A stretch of DNA of 64,000 nucleotides from Candidatus Pacebacteria bacterium CG_4_9_14_0_2_um_filter_40_15 (lineage in GTDB: Bacteria > Patescibacteriota > Microgenomatia > UBA1400 > PJMF01). The notes under the pieces were generated by a model that did not search any database, was not told the DNA's origin, and was given only the letters and a program-made list of their open reading frames with translations. Positions 48,175 through 57,961 of this stretch are shown piece after piece (positions within the stretch are counted from its first letter, which is position 1; each line of letters begins with the position of its first letter). The translations under genes were made by a program, and so were the position numbers. The stretch lies in assembly GCA_002788675.1 (NCBI GenBank), contig PFRS01000005.1, positions 3,731 through 67,730 on the forward strand, written 5' to 3'.

Positions 48175-49746
48175 TTACCTTAAACTTTTCAATTCACCTA
48201 TAAGTTTATCATGACCAATAATAAGAAGTGCGGCAATATAACTAAGACCAACTATAAATGCACCCAATGCCAAGTTTGTTATACTCTGTCCCCAATACGG
48301 CATTCCTAGATACCCAACACCAGCCATGACACAAGCTGCAACCAGTTGGCGCCAAACTGAATCTACAAAGTTAATCGGTACAAATTTTTTAACATAATAT
48401 GCAGGCAGGAGTGAAGTGAAAGAAATTATAAACGCTGCAACAGCAACCGCTTCATAGCCAATATAGCGAAGTAAGATTGGCGTAATTACCCAAGTGAGAG
48501 AAGTCCACATAATCATTAATTTAAGTGTGATATCAATCTTTCCTACTGCATTGAGCGTATTGGATAGTGGTGTTGATACTGCACTCCAGCCAATACTCAT
48601 AGTGAAGAAAATTAGACTAATAACAGCTGGTTGCCACTTTTGGTAGACAGGAAAAACTTGGAGCACTGGATTAATAAAGACCACCATGCCGACCAAAATA
48701 GGAAAAATTGCCGTAGTAATAAAGAACAAAGATTTTTCGATTGCCTTTTTAAGAGCCTGAGTGTGACCTTGTAATCGCGAAAAAGCAGGAAAGGTAATGG
48801 ACATGACATTTTGGACAGTGAGTGTGTACGGATACATTGACCACTGTTTTGCCCAGTTAATATAGCCAAATTCTTTTGCTGGTAAAAAAGCCGCCAATAC
48901 AAAATAAAAGAGTTGATCTTTAATTCTAGCTAAGAAATCATTCAGTTGAAACTTAGCACCGTAGCCAAATAGACCTTTAAGTGCCTTACGTTGAATATCC
49001 AAACCAACTCCCCACGGTTGCAGTATGGTCATACTTACAGCACCAATTACGGATCTAAAAAGAATTGCATACGCATATGAAATTAATCCATATCCTTGTA
49101 GCACCATATAAATTAAGGTACCTTGAAAAACAATTTGTTCTAAGATTTGTGGAACCACCAATTTTGAGAAATCAAGTTTTCTCTCCAAAATTACAGATGG
49201 AATAGTTTTAATAGTTGCCAATGGGAATGAAATACCCATTGCAAGAAGTATCCACATGCCAGCATCACCAGCTTTAGCTTGGAATGCCCCATTCATACTG
49301 ACGAGAACTGTGGTTCCTACTATAAGCCAGCTCAATATTTGTTGCACAGTAAAGGCCGTACGATAATCTGCTTTTGTAGGTTCTTCTTTTTTCTGAATAA
49401 GGGCTGCTGCTAGACCAATATCTGCAAAGAAAGTGAGTAATCCAACTACTTGTACAACTAGTCCATAAATTCCATAGTCTTCAGGTGAAAGATATGCACT
49501 CAAAAGAGTATTAGCAACTAGGCCAATCACTTGAAGTAGCCCAGTTCTCACAAAATAGGATGCTGCACCAGTCACTGATCGCTTTTTTATTGACTGAAGC
49601 ATTTCTGCTTGAGTCTCGTCAATAAGTTCATCTTGTTCTGGAAATCCCTCTTCAGTAGCACTCTGCACTTCTTGTTCAAAAATGGGTTTGCCCTGTTTTC
49701 TAACAAGTTTTTGTAAAGCTCGTTTTTTAAAAAAAAATGCAAACAC
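48175..49746 (-). CDS. wzx: Wzx-type oligosaccharide/polysaccharide flippase (MOP superfamily)
   Basis: About 14 TM helices. LSPEDYGIYGLVVQVVGLLTFFADIGLAAALIQKK is the typical Wzx N-terminal signature. Apparent GTG start whose codon overlaps the TAG of the upstream gene by 1 nt. Confidence 0.7.
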   Translation of the reverse strand: MFAFFFKKRALQKLVRKQGKPIFEQEVQSATEEGFPEQDELIDETQAEMLQSIKKRSVTGAASYFVRTGLLQVIGLVANTLLSAYLSPEDYGIYGLVVQVVGLLTFFADIGLAAALIQKKEEPTKADYRTAFTVQQILSWLIVGTTVLVSMNGAFQAKAGDAGMWILLAMGISFPLATIKTIPSVILERKLDFSKLVVPQILEQIVFQGTLIYMVLQGYGLISYAYAILFRSVIGAVSMTILQPWGVGLDIQRKALKGLFGYGAKFQLNDFLARIKDQLFYFVLAAFLPAKEFGYINWAKQWSMYPYTLTVQNVMSITFPAFSRLQGHTQALKKAIEKSLFFITTAIFPILVGMVVFINPVLQVFPVYQKWQPAVISLIFFTMSIGWSAVSTPLSNTLNAVGKIDITLKLMIMWTSLTWVITPILLRYIGYEAVAVAAFIISFTSLLPAYYVKKFVPINFVDSVWRQLVAACVMAGVGYLGMPYWGQSITNLALGAFIVGLSYIAALLIIGHDKLIGELKSLR

Positions 49747-51545
49747 TAGACTACTTCCTTTCTGAAGAATGAAGCTCGATGTTGTATCATGTACAAACCT
49801 GCTAATGTTACTACACTTATAAGCGAAACAATATCACTAACATCTCTCACCTGTGTCCCTTGAAACTGAATACCAACCTGTTGAGTACCTGCTGGAAGGG
49901 TGGCTAAAATGGTACCAGATTTGCTCTGCGAATGTGCAACGGCAACAGCATCAGCAAAAACAATCCACCCTGGGTAGTCAGCTATGGCAAACTCAATGAC
50001 GGTAGGCTCAGTGATTTTTTGATCAATTGTGTAGAGCCTCTCATGACCTCGCTCTACAAGTGGGTGCATGGAACACGCAATGGTTACACATTTCACAGTG
50101 AAATCTGGTGGTTGTATTCCATCTAGGTTGACACCCAGTGGAATATAATCTGGCAAAATGTCACTCATATGAGCAGCAACTCTAGTAGGATTATCATAAT
50201 AGAGTCCAGAAGCATCTAAATACTGTTCTTCTGGTTGAAAATAAGCAACTGTGCTTGTTTGTAAAATAAGATACAGCACAACTAAGTACATTCTTGTTTG
50301 TCTACCCTTTACAAAAAGGAAAGGCACCCCAGTAAGTAAGGCTAACCCTAATGAAGCAACAGACAGGTATCTCCAAGGGAATTGAATATATGAGAGAATT
50401 TCAATTCCTCTCCAAATGGAAATAGAGCGCTGCAGAGACATAAAGAGTGCTCCAATTGTGACTGCAAAAAGTGTGACAACTAAAAATGATTTTTTGTCTG
50501 ATACAAGGTTCCCCATTTTTTTCTTTTTAATTATTCTTGCACTGTTCCAAGCAAAATATCCCAAAGCAATTACTACAGCTATCAACTGACCAGTGCCTAA
50601 GTAGAAGGAAATTGGATCACCTGGACCCCATTCAGACCCACCATATCCCCAGTTAGCTGAAAAAAATTGTCGAATATATAAAAAGTGAAGTGAGAAATCA
50701 AAATATCCAGATAAAATAGTTGCCTCAATTTGCGTATAACTCTTTTCCAAAAATGCTGGAAACACATAAAATGCAGAAAGACCAAGAGACAACACGGCTG
50801 CCCCTCCTAGACTACCAATACGTAAAATGAAATCCTCACTCTTACCAGATTTTGTAAAGTGATCAGCTAAAAGCACACCAATCGCAAAAAATATAATAAA
50901 TGGTGCCGCAATGAGAGCTGTTAAATTATGGCTCAAAAGAAGAATAACTGAACCAAATACAGTTGCATAAAATCCTCTCCACTTATTGGATTTACTTTCA
51001 ACAATGCCATACAGAATCCAAGGCAATGCCATCATTCCCCAAGCTTCGCTGAGTGCGCCTCTAACAAAAAGATTAAGCGCTCGATATGGGGCCAAAGTAT
51101 ATGCAGCAGAAACAAGAATGCCAGCTGCCTTATGTGCAAAAAGGGATTTACCTAACTGATATGCTCCCAAAGCTGTTCCTATAGTACACAATAAAAATAG
51201 GAGCTTAACAGATGTTACCAAAGGTATGCCATTCGAGTAGAAAAAAGAACCAACATAATAAGGTAGCGGAGCATAAAACTCATAAAGTGGCATACCGAAC
51301 CCAAAGCCAAAGTTTTCTGTCCACCGCACCGGAAACTGGCCTTCTTGGAGTGCTCTAGTCATTTCTGCTATGCGCACACCATGAATAAAATCATGAACCT
51401 TGAACATTCCAGGTTTAAGTAATGCCCAACTAGAACCCAAAATTATCAAACAAAGTGTAAAAAAGACAAGTATTTTTCTTTTCATTGATCTTATTCTAGC
51501 AGGGAAAACAGACAAGTTACAATCTGATTTGTATGCAATACTCAT
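49746..51545 (-). CDS. YfhO-like variant GT-C membrane protein (paralog 3 of 3)
   Basis: HDFIHGVRIAEMTRALQEGQFPVRWTENFGFGFGMPLYEFYAPLPYY. Many TM helices and a C-terminal soluble domain. Confidence 0.55.
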   Translation of the reverse strand: MSIAYKSDCNLSVFPARIRSMKRKILVFFTLCLIILGSSWALLKPGMFKVHDFIHGVRIAEMTRALQEGQFPVRWTENFGFGFGMPLYEFYAPLPYYVGSFFYSNGIPLVTSVKLLFLLCTIGTALGAYQLGKSLFAHKAAGILVSAAYTLAPYRALNLFVRGALSEAWGMMALPWILYGIVESKSNKWRGFYATVFGSVILLLSHNLTALIAAPFIIFFAIGVLLADHFTKSGKSEDFILRIGSLGGAAVLSLGLSAFYVFPAFLEKSYTQIEATILSGYFDFSLHFLYIRQFFSANWGYGGSEWGPGDPISFYLGTGQLIAVVIALGYFAWNSARIIKKKKMGNLVSDKKSFLVVTLFAVTIGALFMSLQRSISIWRGIEILSYIQFPWRYLSVASLGLALLTGVPFLFVKGRQTRMYLVVLYLILQTSTVAYFQPEEQYLDASGLYYDNPTRVAAHMSDILPDYIPLGVNLDGIQPPDFTVKCVTIACSMHPLVERGHERLYTIDQKITEPTVIEFAIADYPGWIVFADAVAVAHSQSKSGTILATLPAGTQQVGIQFQGTQVRDVSDIVSLISVVTLAGLYMIQHRASFFRKEVV

Positions 51546-51550
51546 AAGAC

Positions 51551-52738
51551 ATGGTATACAATTGTATACATACCAAAAATATTTGGCTCAATATGGCAAC
51601 AACACAGCATAAAAAAATAACTAAAAACCCAACACATGTACTTGAAACTGAGTCAACAATGCAAACTGATCAAGCAGTAGAAATTCCATCAGCTGCGAGC
51701 ATTTTTATTAAGGCTACGCTCCTCGCTCTCTCTTTTGCATTTGTAATGTTACTTATAACCGGTGTAGGAATAGGTATCTGGGGATACACAAAAGTACAAA
51801 CACTTTTCACTGAATCTGGCATCTCATATCAAGAAATGAAAACTCTTGTATCAGAGGGTCTAGCAAATGAACCTAAACAAACAAATGGCGTAACAACAGT
51901 ACTCCTTCTTGGTCTTGATTCACTTGAAACTCGTCCAGGAAGTCCCCAACTCACTGATACCATCATGCTAATTTTCATAAATTATGCTGATGGCACCATT
52001 TCAACACTTCCGCTTCCCAGAGACATTTGGAGTACTGAATTCAAAACTAAAATTAATGCTCTCTATTTCTATGGTCAAGAACGATATCCTGACGAACCAG
52101 AAAGGTTTAGCCGAGAGGTGATTGCTGAACTGACAGGCACTTCGATCGACTACACCGTAGTTATTACTATGGACCAAGTAAGTACTATTATCGATACACT
52201 TGGTGGAGTCAACGTTGATGTTCCACATGCATTTACCGATACCCAATTTCCACGCCCTGATGTTGATGTTACACAAGTAACTGATCCCAATCTTCTCTAT
52301 CAAACAATTTCATTTAAGACTGGACCCCAAATACTGTCGGGAGAACAAGCATTGCAATACATGAGAAGCCGTAAAAGTGGCGATGACGAAGGTGACGACA
52401 ATGCTCGAGGTGCCCGCCAACAACTTATAATTCAATCACTTGCAAATACAGCACAATCTAAAGCAGTACTCACCAATCTAAAACTTATTGGCACACTTCT
52501 CCGATACTACCAAGAAACATACAGTCAATATATGTCTTTATCTGAAGGTATATCTATAGCCACAAAATTATTTGAACAACCAGAGGGTATTAGTTTTGTA
52601 TCACGCTCACTGCCAATCCTACCTGAAAATCAAGATGGAGTACTTATAAATCCTCCAATCAAGAAATATTCTGTATGGGTCTATGAGATAGTAGACAAAA
52701 CTGCATTTCAAAATTATATTCATTCGTTAGTTAAATAA
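51551..52738 (+). CDS. LytR-CpsA-Psr (LCP) family cell-wall glycopolymer ligase
   Basis: Single N-terminal TM helix. VLLLGLDSLETRPGSPQLTDTIMLIFIN...TLPLPRDIW...IDYTVVITMDQVSTIIDTLGGVNVDVP matches the LCP core. An alternative start is 51593. Confidence 0.8.
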   Translation: MVYNCIHTKNIWLNMATTQHKKITKNPTHVLETESTMQTDQAVEIPSAASIFIKATLLALSFAFVMLLITGVGIGIWGYTKVQTLFTESGISYQEMKTLVSEGLANEPKQTNGVTTVLLLGLDSLETRPGSPQLTDTIMLIFINYADGTISTLPLPRDIWSTEFKTKINALYFYGQERYPDEPERFSREVIAELTGTSIDYTVVITMDQVSTIIDTLGGVNVDVPHAFTDTQFPRPDVDVTQVTDPNLLYQTISFKTGPQILSGEQALQYMRSRKSGDDEGDDNARGARQQLIIQSLANTAQSKAVLTNLKLIGTLLRYYQETYSQYMSLSEGISIATKLFEQPEGISFVSRSLPILPENQDGVLINPPIKKYSVWVYEIVDKTAFQNYIHSLVK

Positions 52739-52740
52739 TC

Positions 52741-52956
52741 ATGATTAAAAAAATATCTCTAGAAATCTCAGATAAATCAATTATTAGAATACTCATCATT
52801 TTAGTAATTGTTCTCTCAATAAGTAGTGGTATGTTGGCTGAAGAACTCAGACAACAACAAAAATTATATGATAAAGTTGAAGATATGTTCGTACGAGTAA
52901 GAACACAACTTGGACGAGATCAAACGCAACGATTAATTGACCAAAGTTATGAATAA
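52741..52956 (+). CDS. small single-TM protein, hypothetical
   Basis: 71 aa with a TM helix and a charged coiled segment. Starts 3 nt after the LCP stop. Confidence 0.35.
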   Translation: MIKKISLEISDKSIIRILIILVIVLSISSGMLAEELRQQQKLYDKVEDMFVRVRTQLGRDQTQRLIDQSYE

Positions 52957-52977
52957 CACCTACGCAAGGAGTGCAAA

Positions 52978-54000
52978 ATGGCAAATCAAACAATTTTAGT
53001 TACGGGTGGAGCAGGATTTATTGGAAGTAACTTTATTCTCTATTGGATGAATAATCATCCAGAAGACAAAATAATCAACCTGGATGCCCTCACATACGCA
53101 GGTAATACAAAAAATCTTGCTTCAGTCTCTGATTTGCCAAACTACATTTTTGTAGAAGGAAATATTACCGACAGAGAGCTTGTAGACCGACTTATGGCAA
53201 GTTGTGATATTGTCGTACATTTCGCTGCAGAATCTCATGTGGACCGCTCTATTCTTAACCCTGATACATTTATTCAAACAAATATCATAGGAACTCATGT
53301 GCTGCTCGAATCTGCACTCCATAATGACATTAAGCATTTTCACCATATTTCTACCGATGAGGTCTTTGGTTCACTAAAATTAGGCAGTGACACACAATTT
53401 TCCGAACACACACCATATGATCCACGTAGTCCATACTCTGCCAGTAAGGCATCCTCCGATCATTTGGTAAGAGCGTATGGAGAAACATACGGCTTGAACT
53501 ACACAATAACCAACTGCTCAAATAACTACGGAGAGTATCAATTCCCAGAAAAACTTATTCCCCTCGCTATATCCCATATTCTTGCTGATAAACCTGTTCC
53601 AGTCTATGGAGATGGCTTACAAGTAAGAGATTGGTTATATGTCCAAGATCACTGCACAGCCATTGAAAAAGTACTCCAGAGTGGTAAATCACAGGAAACA
53701 TACGTTGTTGGTGGCCTCACAGAAGATATTCCCAATATCGAAGTAGTCAAAACAATTTTACGTATCATGAAGAAACCTGAAGATATGCTTATTCATGTGA
53801 CCGACAGAGCTGGTCATGATGTCCGCTATAGTGTTAATTGGTCCAAGATTGAATCCGACCTTGGCTGGAAACCATCTGTTTCATTCGAGGAAGGCATGCA
53901 GAAGACAGTAGCCTGGTACCTTGCTAACGAAGCATGGTGGAAACCATTAGTATCAGCAAATGCTGCATATTTCAAAAAAAATTACCAAGGAAGAGAATAA
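52978..54000 (+). CDS. rfbB: dTDP-glucose 4,6-dehydratase
   Basis: ILVTGGAGFIGSNF and YSASKASSDHLVRAY. SD AAGGAG upstream. Confidence 0.85.
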   Translation: MANQTILVTGGAGFIGSNFILYWMNNHPEDKIINLDALTYAGNTKNLASVSDLPNYIFVEGNITDRELVDRLMASCDIVVHFAAESHVDRSILNPDTFIQTNIIGTHVLLESALHNDIKHFHHISTDEVFGSLKLGSDTQFSEHTPYDPRSPYSASKASSDHLVRAYGETYGLNYTITNCSNNYGEYQFPEKLIPLAISHILADKPVPVYGDGLQVRDWLYVQDHCTAIEKVLQSGKSQETYVVGGLTEDIPNIEVVKTILRIMKKPEDMLIHVTDRAGHDVRYSVNWSKIESDLGWKPSVSFEEGMQKTVAWYLANEAWWKPLVSANAAYFKKNYQGRE

Positions 54001-54612
54001 TTGAAAGAAGCGACTATGTTTACCCCTACGAAAGATTTAGAAGTAGCTCATGGAATTTTTCGAACCCAACTTGCAGGTCTGTATTTTATTGCCAGCACCA
54101 AACAGAGTGATGACCGTGGTTACTATTCAGAATTAGTACGGCTTCCTGAACTAGATGCTATTAGAAACACGCCTTTTGTGGTTGCACAAGTAAATATTGC
54201 TCGATCACTTGAAAACGTGGCTCGAGGGATACATGCTGAAAATTGGAATAAGCTTGTCACAGTTACCAATGGCACCGCTTTTTGTGCATTTGCCGATATT
54301 AGACCTGAATCTCAGACATTTGGTCAAGTTGAAACGGTGTTATTAGGACAAAGTACTGAAGCTCTCCATGGTTCTTTCTTTATCGAAAAAGGCATTGGAA
54401 ACTCACTCTGTGTTACTGCTGGACCTGTTGATTATATCTACTATGTTGACGCATTATATAAAGATAGAGATACGACTTATGATCGAGCAGTATCACTATT
54501 TGATCCAGATTTAGCTATTAATTGGCCGCTTTCTAAGGAAGAAATGATTATCTCTGATCGAGATAAAGATGCAGTAACTGTACAAGAACTATTCCCGGAG
54601 AAATATGTCTAA
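54001..54612 (+). CDS. rfbC: dTDP-4-dehydrorhamnose 3,5-epimerase
   Basis: DDRGYYSEL, RGIHAE, KLVTV and DIRPESQTFG with a C-terminal WP: the RmlC cupin blocks. TTG start with SD AAGGAAGAG; the alternative ATG is at 54016. Confidence 0.75.
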   Translation: MKEATMFTPTKDLEVAHGIFRTQLAGLYFIASTKQSDDRGYYSELVRLPELDAIRNTPFVVAQVNIARSLENVARGIHAENWNKLVTVTNGTAFCAFADIRPESQTFGQVETVLLGQSTEALHGSFFIEKGIGNSLCVTAGPVDYIYYVDALYKDRDTTYDRAVSLFDPDLAINWPLSKEEMIISDRDKDAVTVQELFPEKYV

Positions 54613-55480
54613 TTCACTGTTTGCAACAGGTATTAATGGTCTTGTCGGATCTGAGTTTGCAACTCAGTTTGCCAATTCCTATACTATTCACTCACTCGAT
54701 ATTGCAAATCCTCTAAATCCAGTTGATATTACAGATAAGGCAAGTGTCGTGACAGCACTTTCAGCTGATCCAACTGCAAAATTTGTGCTCCACCTGGCCG
54801 CATTTACTAACGTAACTGATGCCTGGAATCAAAATGGAGATACTTCAGGTATTGCCTACAAAGTTAACGTGACTGGTACACGAAACATTGTTGAAGCTTG
54901 CCAAGAACTTGGCTTACACCTTATTCATATCTCAACAGCGTATGTCTTTGATGGCGAAAAGGATGACCTCTATACCGAAGATGACGCAGTCTCACCAATT
55001 GAGTGGTATGGCCAGACCAAAGCGGATGCTGAGGCTGTTGTGCAAGAAAGTGCTATTGACTGGACCATTTTAAGAATTGATCAGCCATTTAGGAGCGATT
55101 CTTTTCCCAGACTTGATATAGCTCATAGAATCATCGATGGTTTAAATACTGACATGTTGTATCCTCAGTTTGAAAACCACTACTTTGGACCCACCTACAT
55201 CAACGATTTTTCTAAAGTTGTCGATTGGGTCATTCGCACCAAAACAACCGGACTCTTTAATGCTTCAAGTGGAGAAAAGTGGTCAGATTTTGAGTTTGCT
55301 ACTGCAATTGCAAACAACAAGGGCTTCACTACGGAAATTCAAAGGAGTAATTTAGATGAGTATCTTAAAACACTTGACCGTCCCTACCAGCGAAATACTG
55401 CTATGAATACTGAAAAGTTACAATCGGTTATAGACTTTGAGTTAACGCCGATTAGTAAAGCGTTGGCTGAAATTGTATAG
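54605..55480 (+). CDS. rfbD: dTDP-4-dehydrorhamnose reductase
   Basis: GINGLVGSEF and YGQTKADAE (YxxxK). Overlaps rfbC by 8 nt. Completes rfbBCD; rfbA is not in the window. Confidence 0.75.
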   Translation: MSNSLFATGINGLVGSEFATQFANSYTIHSLDIANPLNPVDITDKASVVTALSADPTAKFVLHLAAFTNVTDAWNQNGDTSGIAYKVNVTGTRNIVEACQELGLHLIHISTAYVFDGEKDDLYTEDDAVSPIEWYGQTKADAEAVVQESAIDWTILRIDQPFRSDSFPRLDIAHRIIDGLNTDMLYPQFENHYFGPTYINDFSKVVDWVIRTKTTGLFNASSGEKWSDFEFATAIANNKGFTTEIQRSNLDEYLKTLDRPYQRNTAMNTEKLQSVIDFELTPISKALAEIV

Positions 55481-55508
55481 CTTTTCCCCTCAGGCGCTAG
55501 CATATATC

Positions 55509-55537
55509 TTGCTTTTTATAGGTCTAAGTAGTATAAT
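55509..55537 (+). promoter_or_regulatory. sigma70-type promoter for 55580..56026
   Basis: TTGCTT, a 17-nt spacer, then TATAAT. SD AGGAG lies 5 nt before the ATG. Confidence 0.5.
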
Positions 55538-55579
55538 CTTGCTTGTTCTTTAACTTGTCACACAAAAAAAGGAGCAACA

Positions 55580-56026
55580 ATGAACATTTTGTGGTACCTT
55601 CAGCAATTCTCAAAATTTTTGCGGAAGGCAAATGTAAACCCAGAAACACAGTATGCACTGGCTGCGCTAACTGCGCCGGCCTGTATTCAGCTTTTTTTAG
55701 GATTTGATGTACTGTTTCTTGTTATTGCTGCAGTTGCAGCATTTGTATTGGTATACACGGCAAATTCGTCGGTATTCCCACTATATCTACTTGCATCAAT
55801 TGTTTTGATGTCAGTAGCCATATTTAATATTCAAAATAATGCCATAGCCACTGCAGTTATTTTTGCCTCAATAGGCTTCGGTCTATTTTGGCAATTAATG
55901 TTCTTTTATGCAAAGAGAGAAATTGGCGTTGGATTATCAGTGGTATTTACAACACTGATGAATATCATCCATTTATTAGTTTTCGGCTATTATAGCTACG
56001 CGGTGATTACCGCGTTGGTGTTTTAG
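55580..56026 (+). CDS. hypothetical 4-TM membrane protein
   Basis: Promoter, strong SD and terminator are all present; the protein is hydrophobic. Confidence 0.6.
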   Translation: MNILWYLQQFSKFLRKANVNPETQYALAALTAPACIQLFLGFDVLFLVIAAVAAFVLVYTANSSVFPLYLLASIVLMSVAIFNIQNNAIATAVIFASIGFGLFWQLMFFYAKREIGVGLSVVFTTLMNIIHLLVFGYYSYAVITALVF

Positions 56027-56045
56027 CCAAATTCTGTGACAAGTT

Positions 56046-56076
56046 AAAAAAATCCCGTCCATGTGGCGGGATTTTG
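56046..56076. terminator. bidirectional rho-independent terminator between convergent genes
   Basis: A7 - ATCCCG(T)CC - ATGT - GGCGGGAT - TTTT. Confidence 0.6.
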
Positions 56077-56097
56077 ACGTCCGTAACTGTAAAAGTC

Positions 56098-56757
56098 TTA
56101 CTTTTCAGATTTTCGATGTTCTTCTCTCCATGCTTCAATATCTTTATGATTCCCCGAAAGCAATACATCTGGGACAAGCATACCCCTAAACTCTTGAGGT
56201 CGAGTATACTGAGGATAGCCAAGAACTCCAGGCTGGTCATGTGATTCCCCCATAATGCTTTCTTCATTTCCCAAAACCCCAGGAAGCAAACGAATAAGAC
56301 TATCAGCCAGTACCGCTGCTGCAGGCTCTCCACCAGATAAAACAAAATCACCAATACGCACTTCATGATCAACAAACTGCTGCACTACTCGCTCATCAAC
56401 GCCTTCATAGTGCCCGCAAATAATAATAACCACATCCTGTGTAGCAAATTCTCGAGCATCCTGTTGTGTGTACATTTTTCCTTGAGCTGAAGTAAGTAAG
56501 ACTATGACCTTTTGATCCGTAGGAATGCTTGCTTTAACTGACTCAAGAGCCAATGCAATTGGTTCAACTTTCATTACCATTCCAGGGCCACCGCCAAACG
56601 GTCGGTCATCAGTGGTGCGTTGCGTATCATGGGCAAAATCTCTAATTTGTACGATATCAACATTCGCTTTGCCTGAAGCAATTGCTTTACCAATAAGTGA
56701 AACCGAAAAGAGGTTAGCAAAATAGTCTGGAAATAACGTTAGAATAACAATTCTCAT
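56098..56757 (-). CDS. trmD: tRNA (guanine37-N1)-methyltransferase
   Basis: MRIVILTLFPDYF, GGGPGMVMK and VIIICGHYEGVDERV are the TrmD SPOUT signature blocks. Confidence 0.9.
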   Translation of the reverse strand: MRIVILTLFPDYFANLFSVSLIGKAIASGKANVDIVQIRDFAHDTQRTTDDRPFGGGPGMVMKVEPIALALESVKASIPTDQKVIVLLTSAQGKMYTQQDAREFATQDVVIIICGHYEGVDERVVQQFVDHEVRIGDFVLSGGEPAAAVLADSLIRLLPGVLGNEESIMGESHDQPGVLGYPQYTRPQEFRGMLVPDVLLSGNHKDIEAWREEHRKSEK

Positions 56758-56850
56758 AGTAGTTGTATTCTAACATCTTGCGCCTAGGATCCAAAATAGA
56801 ATACCAGCGCGTTATTGTGCTGAGTGCAATGGAAATGGTAGTATTACGCT

Positions 56851-57936
56851 ATGCCGCAAATGAATTCAGCAGGTCCTAATTTGACCTACATCACTTTTAT
56901 AGCAAGGAAAGCTGTTATTTTCGGCTCTGTTGGTCTGGTAACCTTAATTGTAGGAAGAGTTGTTATAACCACGGCAGTTGCATGGTGGAAGACCATGAAT
57001 CCTCCACCTCCACCTCCACCAACAGTTGGTTTTGGTATCCTGCCAGCACTTACCTTTCCAGAACAAGATGCCGAAGACAAACCGCTGTCGTACAAACTTG
57101 AAACACCTAATGGAACTACACCTTACTTTTCTGATAGAGCCAAGGTCTTCTTAGTCCAACATGCTGCCCCAAATCTTCTAGCTGATGAAAACGCAAAAAA
57201 ACAAGCAGCCACCTATGGATACGTATTTGAACCAGATAAACTTCCAGGTAATATTTACCGTTGGTCAAAAACAACGCCAATTCAATCCACCTTTGAATAC
57301 AACATCTTATCTGGACACATGCGTCTTACTACAGACTATTTATCAAGACCTGAACTCCTTACTAATCCAGATCTTCCCACCGGTTTTGATGCTGTCAAAA
57401 AAGTAAAAGACTTTCTTAAAAAGGGGAGCCTGCTTGGTGCAGATATGGCAACTGCCTCAGGTGAGATTAGTTACTTAAAAGCGCTTGGTGATGACCTAGA
57501 AACTGCTGTATCTCCATCAGATGCAGATTTCATACAGGTTGACCTCAATCGCACTCCTATTGATTCTCAATACAGAATGTACACTCCCAATGGATTTGAA
57601 GGTATCGTCACAGCTATTCTTACAGGCAGTCTGCCTGATCAAGATATGATTGTGTATCTTAAGTCTGGCTACCACGTCATCGATTACTCGATTGTGCATA
57701 CGTATCCACTCAGATCATCGGCTGATGCATGGAAGCTGTTAAAAGCAGGCGAAGGGTATATTGCTGATCCTGGAGATGACGAGAATGTTGTGATTAGAGA
57801 TATACAACTTGGATATTTTGACACAAACGAGACACAAGATTACTTGCAACCCGTGTACGTTTTTTATAATCCTGAAGACGGATTCCTGGGATATGTTCCA
57901 GCACTCGATCCTCAATTCACCCAATCAGAACAATAG
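56851..57936 (+). CDS. membrane-anchored hypothetical protein with poly-proline linker
   Basis: N-terminal TM anchor, then a PPPPPPPT run, then a soluble domain of about 290 aa with no recognisable motif. Confidence 0.5.
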   Translation: MPQMNSAGPNLTYITFIARKAVIFGSVGLVTLIVGRVVITTAVAWWKTMNPPPPPPPTVGFGILPALTFPEQDAEDKPLSYKLETPNGTTPYFSDRAKVFLVQHAAPNLLADENAKKQAATYGYVFEPDKLPGNIYRWSKTTPIQSTFEYNILSGHMRLTTDYLSRPELLTNPDLPTGFDAVKKVKDFLKKGSLLGADMATASGEISYLKALGDDLETAVSPSDADFIQVDLNRTPIDSQYRMYTPNGFEGIVTAILTGSLPDQDMIVYLKSGYHVIDYSIVHTYPLRSSADAWKLLKAGEGYIADPGDDENVVIRDIQLGYFDTNETQDYLQPVYVFYNPEDGFLGYVPALDPQFTQSEQ

Positions 57937-57961
57937 TTTAAGGTGTAGTATAATTGCATTC

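Noticed and set aside
54001-54015. Whether rfbC starts at TTG 54001 or ATG 54016
   Set aside because: This could not be resolved from the sequence. The TTG has a much better Shine-Dalgarno (AAGGAAGAG, 7-nt spacer), so the longer form is reported. The ATG start remains possible.
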